NCBI GenBank assembly: GCA_046758365.1
Contig: JBHIAC010000094.1
Coordinates: 1-12,916 of the forward strand
DNA from: a bacterium
GTDB lineage: Bacteria > Zhuqueibacterota > Zhuqueibacteria > Oceanimicrobiales > Oceanimicrobiaceae
Reading direction: 5' to 3'
Length of the DNA stretch: 12,916 bases
The position numbers and the translations under genes are program-made. Under the pieces are notes generated by a model. The model was given only the letters and a program-made list of their open reading frames with translations, searched no databases and was not told the DNA's origin. Numbering within the stretch: the first letter of the stretch is position 1; the number at the start of each line of letters is the position of its first letter. This document shows, piece after piece, positions 7,151-12,916 of the stretch.

Positions 7151-7954
7151 ATGAGAAAGTTAATATTTATAATATTATTTTTTCTATTAAGTGTGTTTAT
7201 AATTTATTCTCAGGAACCTAATTTTGAATTGAATCGATTTCTGAGTGCTTACACTTTTAATGATGTTAAATTAAAGGTGAAATCTTTTGTCGAAAAACAC
7301 AAGGGGACCGCCATTGCTCTATATTTAGAGGCCGTTATTGAACCCGATGCTAGTAAAGCTGTTGAGAATTATAAGCAGTTACTAAACCAGTTCCCAAATT
7401 CGGAACAAGCTGAGAATGCTTTATTTAGAACCGCCCAATATTATTTCTCGCGGGGACTATATATGTCGGCTCGAAAACATTTTCTTGACTTCCGCGAAAG
7501 ATTTCCGAAATCCACATTTGCTGATGATGCACACTATTTGGCCGCTGCTTGTTTATTTGCTTCTGAGAAATTTGAAAATTGCCGCTCTGAACTAAAAAAT
7601 TTAATGCATAACTATCCACGTTCCCCTTTTACCAAGCTGGCAAGAGAGGATTTAAAAGAAATTAAATGGCTTCAAAAGGAAGGAACCTCCTATTCAATAG
7701 ATCAAATTGAAAAATCTAAAGGTAAATACACCTTACAAACTGGTGCATTTACCCAAATTAATAATGCCTTGAATCAGAGGCGTTATTTTTCAAGATTAGG
7801 ATTGCCTGTTGAAATCCGTGAAAAAAATGAAAATGGTATGACTTTTTATTTGGTTTGGATTGGTGCCTTTAAAACCAAATCTGATGCCGCGGCCTATGGA
7901 GAGAAATTCAAAAGTAAGTATGGAAAGCTTTATCGAATTATAGAGCGATTTTAA
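7151..7954 (+). CDS. Exported TPR (CpoB/BamD-like repeats) + C-terminal SPOR domain protein
   Basis: Signal peptide MRKLIFIILFFLLSVFIIYSQ from ATG 7151 (preferred over 7124); repeated FPNS..AENALF / FPKS..ADDAHY / YPRS motifs; SPOR-type YTLQTGAF...NA...YLVWIGAF...A. Confidence 0.8.
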   Translation: MRKLIFIILFFLLSVFIIYSQEPNFELNRFLSAYTFNDVKLKVKSFVEKHKGTAIALYLEAVIEPDASKAVENYKQLLNQFPNSEQAENALFRTAQYYFSRGLYMSARKHFLDFRERFPKSTFADDAHYLAAACLFASEKFENCRSELKNLMHNYPRSPFTKLAREDLKEIKWLQKEGTSYSIDQIEKSKGKYTLQTGAFTQINNALNQRRYFSRLGLPVEIREKNENGMTFYLVWIGAFKTKSDAAAYGEKFKSKYGKLYRIIERF

Positions 7955-7956
7955 GT

Positions 7957-8301
7957 ATGATTGATTCTTATAGTTTTGGTAAAATTGTAATAGACGGAAA
8001 AGAATATAATCGGGACGTTATCGTTTATCCTGATTATGTGGAACCCAATTGGTGGCGGAAACAGGGACATCAACTTTGTGTAGAGGATATTAAATCAAGA
8101 ATCGAAAAAGAGTCGCCAGAAATATTAATTGTAGGGACAGGCGCTTATGGCCAAGTAGTTATTTTGGATTCTACCAAGGAGTTTCTAGAACGTAGAGGCA
8201 TAAAACTCATAGCCGAAGAGACGGGTAAAGCATGCACCACCTATAATCATCAGATAAAGTCCAACAAAAAAGTTTTGGGTGCCTTTCATCTAACCTGTTG
8301 A
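7957..8301 (+). CDS. Mth938-like (DUF498/AAMDC family) protein
   Basis: IDSYSFGKIVIDGKEY, WWRKQGH, PEILIVGTG, T.KACTTYN, C-terminal FHLTC. Confidence 0.9.
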   Translation: MIDSYSFGKIVIDGKEYNRDVIVYPDYVEPNWWRKQGHQLCVEDIKSRIEKESPEILIVGTGAYGQVVILDSTKEFLERRGIKLIAEETGKACTTYNHQIKSNKKVLGAFHLTC

Positions 8302-8310
8302 GAACTTTCA

Positions 8311-9522
8311 ATGATTACGGTTCAAGAAGCCATAGACATGACCCTTAAAGAAACTTCTGTTTTAGACATAGAAGTGGTTTCGCTTTTAGATGCTTCTGGC
8401 TATGTACTATCTGAGGATGTATATTCCGATATTGACATACCGCCTTTTGATAAATCCGCCATGGATGGCTATGCTGTTAAGTACGAAAATACAAAACATT
8501 ATCCAGCGGTTTTTGGTGTGGTAGGTTTCATTCCAGCGGGCGTTTATTCAGATATTATCATTGAATCTGGGCAAACGGCCAAAATCATGACCGGCGCCCC
8601 ATTACCTAAAGGCGCTGATTGTGTACAGATGGTTGAAAAAACCGAGCCCTTGGGTAATGGAAAAGTAAAAATATTGGAATCGGTTTCATTCGGTCTTCAT
8701 GTGTCCAAAAAGGGTGAAATTATCCAGGCAAAATCAAAAGTGTTTTCAAAAGGAACTCACATCACTCCAGCAGTTATTAGCGTATTGGCTGCAGTAGGAA
8801 AGGAAGAAGTTCAAATTTACCAAAGGCCGAAAGTCGGAATTCTTGTTACTGGTGATGAGTTGGTAGAAGTGCATCAAAAGCCCAATCCCGGCCAAATTCG
8901 AAATAGCAACGGATATACCCTTTATCACCAAGTTTGTGAAACTGGAGCAAACCCTGAACTTTTTGGCATAGCCCCGGACAACTTAGAGGAGTTGCGCAGG
9001 AAAATTGAATACGGACTTAAAAAAGATGTTTTGCTTATTTCAGGCGGTGTATCCATGGGAGATTTAGACCTGGTAGAAGAGGTTTTTGAAAAGTTAGGAA
9101 TACATATTTTTTACAATAAAGTAAGTATTAAGCCGGGTAAACCATCAGTCTTTGGACGTAAAGATAATACCCTTGTTTTCGGTTTACCTGGGAATCCAGT
9201 ATCTGCCAGTACGGTTTTTGAAATTATTGTAAAACCCGCAATGCGCAAAATGATGGGCTTCAACCGAGTTCATAATTTAAAGATAAAGGCGATGTTAGTA
9301 GAAGGTTTCAAAAACAGATCCAACCGTGAATATTTTTATCCAGCCCGAACTTATTATATAAATGATCAATGGCATGTTTTACCCATACCATCTAAGGGAG
9401 CTGCTGATGTGTTAGCCTTATCTAAAAGCAATTCATTTTTAGTCGTGCCCAAAGAAGTGAAAGAAATGAAAAAGGGTGAATGGGCTGATGTGATGTTGTG
9501 TAATGATTTTTTGAATACCTGA
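8311..9522 (+). CDS. moeA: Molybdopterin molybdotransferase (gephyrin E-like)
   Basis: PPFDKSAMDGYA, IMTGAPLP.GAD, TGDEL, IRNSN, SGGVSMGDLD, IKPGKP, GLPGNPVS. Confidence 0.96.
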   Translation: MITVQEAIDMTLKETSVLDIEVVSLLDASGYVLSEDVYSDIDIPPFDKSAMDGYAVKYENTKHYPAVFGVVGFIPAGVYSDIIIESGQTAKIMTGAPLPKGADCVQMVEKTEPLGNGKVKILESVSFGLHVSKKGEIIQAKSKVFSKGTHITPAVISVLAAVGKEEVQIYQRPKVGILVTGDELVEVHQKPNPGQIRNSNGYTLYHQVCETGANPELFGIAPDNLEELRRKIEYGLKKDVLLISGGVSMGDLDLVEEVFEKLGIHIFYNKVSIKPGKPSVFGRKDNTLVFGLPGNPVSASTVFEIIVKPAMRKMMGFNRVHNLKIKAMLVEGFKNRSNREYFYPARTYYINDQWHVLPIPSKGAADVLALSKSNSFLVVPKEVKEMKKGEWADVMLCNDFLNT

Positions 9523-9569
9523 TAGAATCAACCAGAATTTAATGTCACGATTCAATAAAGAAGAAAAGG

Positions 9570-9622
9570 ATTGTTCTATTGTTCCATAGTAACAATTCAA
9601 CAATAGAACAATGAAACAATGA
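9570..9622. repeat. Inverted array of 8-nt short tandem repeats
   Basis: ATTGTTCT ATTGTTCC (9570-9585), ATAGT spacer, then AACAATTC AACAATAG AACAATGA AACAATGA (9591-9622); perfect 14-bp inverted repeat 9570-9583/9599-9612. Confidence 0.8.
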
Positions 9623-9692
9623 CCGTATTTATTATTCCGGGCTACATAAAATTTCTTTGTAAAAAAACAAGGATTTGATTGGTAATATTATA

Positions 9693-10016
9693 ATGATTGG
9701 ATTTAGTAGGTTATTTATAGAGGGCGTCAAATATTCTAAAGGTTTTCTTCAGGTAATTTATCATTTACCTAAATTTGTAACATTGTATGGACGATTGTTC
9801 AAAGATCCTAGAGTACCGCTTTACCTAAAGGTCTTATTAATATTAGCAATTATTTATTTGGTTTCTCCTGTCGATCTACTACCAGATTTTTTTATTCCAA
9901 TTTTAGGTCAGATAGATGACTTATTTATATTGTTGATTGCATTAAGATTCTTTTTAAAAAAGTGTCCAAGAGATGTGTTAATGGAACATGTCCGTCAGAT
10001 TGAAGCTGAAGGTTGA
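9693..10016 (+). CDS. DUF1232/YkvA family membrane protein
   Basis: DPRVP..K...AIIYLVSPVDLLPDFFIPILGQIDD signature. Start uncertain: ATG 9693 versus TTG 9675. Confidence 0.88.
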   Translation: MIGFSRLFIEGVKYSKGFLQVIYHLPKFVTLYGRLFKDPRVPLYLKVLLILAIIYLVSPVDLLPDFFIPILGQIDDLFILLIALRFFLKKCPRDVLMEHVRQIEAEG

Positions 10017-10070
10017 GATAGGTTAAATGAGAATATATATGATACTTTACTAGATTTAAGACTAGAAAAT

Positions 10071-10412
10071 ATGATAAAAAAGATGACTTCAGAAGAAGTA
10101 AAGAAGGCAATACAAGACATTTTGAAGAAACTTATTACTAGCTATGCTCCCCAAAAGGGAATCCTTTTTGGTTCTTATGCCAATGGAAATCCTCGACCAT
10201 ACAGTGACATTGATCTACTAATTATCAAGGAGACGCCAGAACGATTGATTGACAGATTATTTTCCGTGCGCCAGATTCTGTCTGATCCTAAGCGTAGGTT
10301 TCCTTTTGGTATTCTAGTACTCACACCTCAAGAACTGTCGAAGCGACTCGAGATTGGAGATCAGTTCGTGGCTGAAATATTAGAAAAAGGAAAGATCCTA
10401 TATGGAGCGTAA
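10071..10412 (+). CDS. Minimal nucleotidyltransferase (MNT, Pol-beta superfamily; HEPN/MNT antitoxin type)
   Basis: LFGSYANGNPRPYSDIDLLII (GS-x10-DxD) and C-terminal F..EILEKGKILY. Start may be 10083. Confidence 0.88.
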   Translation: MIKKMTSEEVKKAIQDILKKLITSYAPQKGILFGSYANGNPRPYSDIDLLIIKETPERLIDRLFSVRQILSDPKRRFPFGILVLTPQELSKRLEIGDQFVAEILEKGKILYGA

Positions 10413-10488
10413 AGAGTCACTATATCATGCAGAACGGAAATCACTGGTAAATGACAAAGCTGAAATTACTAAATATTCTATTTTGTAA
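10402..10488 (+). pseudogene. Probable N-terminal remnant of the HEPN partner gene
   Basis: ATG overlapping the MNT 3' end by 11 nt, with AAGGA upstream; reads MERKESLYHAERKSLVNDKAEITKYSIL*. The first ~11 aa resemble, from memory, N-termini of HEPN proteins paired with this MNT type. Confidence 0.4.
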
Positions 10489-12250
10489 CTTAATTTTTTC
10501 ATCTAATATAGTTCTTTCTCAGCTTTCTTTAGAAGTCGTTTATCCAAGAGAGGACCTAACAATCACAGCAACGGATTCAACCTTTATTTTTGGATCGGTC
10601 AGTAATCCAAGGGCTCAATTGATTGTAAATAAATTTCCTATGAGAATTTACCCCAATGGGGCCTTTTTGGGCATTGTGCCAGTTACCCCAGGTGATTTTA
10701 CTTTTAGATGTTTGGCAGTAATGGATTCGAATAGCGTAGAGGTTTTGCGAAAAGTGTACATCCCACCTTATTTAACCACAACCCCCCAGGATACCCTGGC
10801 GGTGGACACCAGTTACATTTTTCCAAGGGAAGATATAGAACTTCAACCCGGTGATTTTCTGCATGTTACCTTTAAAGGAACCCCTGGCCTGATGGGAACT
10901 TTTACTGTTGCGGGATTAGTAGAAAATGCTTCAATGTTCGAAAGTTCACCATGGAAAGAATTTTATTGGGGAGAAGCGGTCTTTGGAGAGGACAAGCCCC
11001 CTACGACTCCCGAAATTGCAGGGGTGTATCATGGCGTTTATAAAATTGAGCCAGGTATTGACATTCAAAATGCTGAAATTGTATTTAAATTGAGCAGAAT
11101 GAACGGATCCAGTGTAATCACAACAGCGCCAGGAAAATTAACCGTTCGTAATGACTTGATTCCACAAATAGCTCAGCTCACTGAAGAATTGACTGTTGCC
11201 CGAACTGGACCAGGTTTGGGCTACCAACTGTTTTTGCCCAAAGGGGTTAAGTTATGGATTACTGGTAAGCATGGTAGGTACTATCGCGCACGCTTGAGCA
11301 GTTCACAAGATGTTTGGTTGCCCGAAGATAATCTAACATTTTTACCTCAAGGAGCCTCAATTCCGACTAGTACAGTCTCTGTGGTTAGAACTGAAAATCT
11401 TCCCAACAAAAGCCAGGTTAAGATATTTTTACAGGAGCGTCTTCCTTTCAGCATTGAGCAGGTTAGTAACCCTGCTTATTTAATTCTATCAATCTTCGGG
11501 GCAATTTCTGATACAGATTGGATTCGGTATGATTTTAGTGATCCTACGATACGTGAAATTAAGTGGTCTCAACCGGCTAATTTAGTGTACAAATTAAATA
11601 TTAGATTAAATCAGAAACAACAATGGGGGTATAATCCATATTATGAGGACAACAACTTAATTCTCGAAATAAAAAAGCCACCCAAACGGTTTTCTTTAAA
11701 AAATTTACTTATAGGCATTGACCCCGGTCACGAGCCAGATTTTGGGGCTGTTGGTCCAACGGGATTGAAAGAGAAAGATGCAAACCTAAATTTGTCTTTA
11801 GTATTGAAAGAAATGTTAGAAAAAAAGGGTGCAAAAGTTTTTCTTACCCGGCAGGGCCAGCACGGAGCAAACTTATCTGTGAGACCTAAATTGGCAGCAT
11901 TGATGGGTGCAGATATATTGTTAAGTATTCATCATAATGCGATACCTGATGGGGTGAATCCTTTTACCAGTCGTGGCAGCAGTACGTATTACTATCATCC
12001 TCAGAGTCGCCCTTTGGCAGCGGCTATTCTGAAGCGTTTACAAGAAAAGTTGAAGCTGCCTAACTTTGGATTATATTACGATAACTTGGCTTTGTGCCGG
12101 CCACCACAAATGCCTGCCGTTCTCATAGAACCGGCTTTTATTATGCATCCTGAAGAGGAGATGATGATTAATTCTCATAAATATCAAAAGAAAACGGCCA
12201 AAGCAATCATCAAGGGGATTGAAGACTTTTTAAAGCAAGCAAAGAATTAA
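10451..12250 (+). CDS. N-acetylmuramoyl-L-alanine amidase (Amidase_3) with signal peptide and large N-terminal beta-rich/SH3-like/AMIN-like region
   Basis: IGIDPGH, GLKEKDAN, LTR, LSIHHNA, LIEPAF zinc and catalytic residues in the C-terminal ~180 aa; hydrophobic N-terminus. Confidence 0.92.
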   Translation: MTKLKLLNILFCNLIFSSNIVLSQLSLEVVYPREDLTITATDSTFIFGSVSNPRAQLIVNKFPMRIYPNGAFLGIVPVTPGDFTFRCLAVMDSNSVEVLRKVYIPPYLTTTPQDTLAVDTSYIFPREDIELQPGDFLHVTFKGTPGLMGTFTVAGLVENASMFESSPWKEFYWGEAVFGEDKPPTTPEIAGVYHGVYKIEPGIDIQNAEIVFKLSRMNGSSVITTAPGKLTVRNDLIPQIAQLTEELTVARTGPGLGYQLFLPKGVKLWITGKHGRYYRARLSSSQDVWLPEDNLTFLPQGASIPTSTVSVVRTENLPNKSQVKIFLQERLPFSIEQVSNPAYLILSIFGAISDTDWIRYDFSDPTIREIKWSQPANLVYKLNIRLNQKQQWGYNPYYEDNNLILEIKKPPKRFSLKNLLIGIDPGHEPDFGAVGPTGLKEKDANLNLSLVLKEMLEKKGAKVFLTRQGQHGANLSVRPKLAALMGADILLSIHHNAIPDGVNPFTSRGSSTYYYHPQSRPLAAAILKRLQEKLKLPNFGLYYDNLALCRPPQMPAVLIEPAFIMHPEEEMMINSHKYQKKTAKAIIKGIEDFLKQAKN

Positions 12251-12269
12251 AGATATGCCCCTTTGAAAT

Positions 12270-12782
12270 ATGCTTCAATGTGATTACAAATTCTGCCCAT
12301 GTTGTGCAAGTCTTTTTACTTCGAAGCGCTTGGAGGGTGTCGAACGATTAGTTTGCAGCAAGTGCGGTTTTATTTTTTATCAAAATCCAACGCCGGCCGT
12401 TGCAGTTATATTATTCGATTCTGAAAGAGTTCTATTAGTCAAAAGGAAGTTTCCCCCGCGCGCAGGGCACTGGAGTTTACCCGCCGGATTTATCGAATAT
12501 CATGAAAGAGTTGAGGAAACCGCATTACGAGAAATTAAAGAAGAAACAAATTTAGACATCAAGCTAAATGAGATATACGGAATCTATTCTGCCTATGATG
12601 ATCCAGACCATCATATTTTACTCATTGTTTATTGGGGTGAGATTCTCAAAGGTAAGTTAATACCCGGAGATGACGCATTGGACGCACAATTTTTCCCATT
12701 GGAAAAGTTGCCCGAAGACATTGCTTTTTCTACACATCGTTTTATTCTAAATGACTTAAAGGCTCGAAAACAAAAAGGATAA
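12270..12782 (+). CDS. Zinc-ribbon Nudix hydrolase
   Basis: FCPCCA...CSKCG..FYQNP zinc ribbon; Nudix box GFIEYHERVEETALREIKEETNL; IAF.TH. Confidence 0.92.
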   Translation: MLQCDYKFCPCCASLFTSKRLEGVERLVCSKCGFIFYQNPTPAVAVILFDSERVLLVKRKFPPRAGHWSLPAGFIEYHERVEETALREIKEETNLDIKLNEIYGIYSAYDDPDHHILLIVYWGEILKGKLIPGDDALDAQFFPLEKLPEDIAFSTHRFILNDLKARKQKG

Positions 12783-12916
12783 TTTTCGGTTGTGTCTTAT
12801 GACGAATGATTGGATTGGTCACAAAGGGTAAGAAAAAATTTTCTAAATAAATAATTTTAAAACTTCTCTGTACTACAAATCTGCAACACGTTGTTTTTTT
12901 AGCAAAGTTTTTTTAT

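Noticed and set aside
9570..9622. CRISPR array
   Set aside because: The unit is only 8 nt, there are no spacers and no cas genes.
6856..10110. Short minus-strand ORFs 6856-7047, 7425-7619, 8746-8931 and 9925-10110
   Set aside because: 61-64 aa, overlapping well-supported + strand genes, no motifs.
12255..12272. In-frame ATG-CCC-CTT-TGA upstream of the Nudix start as possible selenocysteine readthrough
   Set aside because: No recognisable SECIS, and the Nudix domain is complete from ATG 12270.

Overview
AT-rich bacterial chromosomal window with all credible genes on the + strand. The core run is scpA-scpB-rluB-cmk-rpsA-lapA-lapB. It is followed by a secreted TPR+SPOR protein, a Mth938-like protein, moeA, a DUF1232/YkvA protein, a minimal nucleotidyltransferase (MNT) with an apparently truncated HEPN partner, a large N-acetylmuramoyl-L-alanine amidase and a Zn-ribbon Nudix hydrolase. 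lapAB implies an LPS-bearing diderm. The proteins are mostly ordinary housekeeping products and the notable signals are non-coding: (i) a leader upstream of scpA with a promoter, mini-ORFs and mutually exclusive terminator/antiterminator pairings (candidate undescribed attenuator); (ii) two ~100-bp MITE-like insertions with TIRs and flanking direct repeats, one enclosing an inverted pair of GGTG-type REP-like palindromes with compensatory changes; (iii) an inverted 8-mer tandem-repeat cassette; (iv) a long GU-containing hairpin after lapB. All family assignments come from motif recognition by eye; no database search or folding calculation was run.
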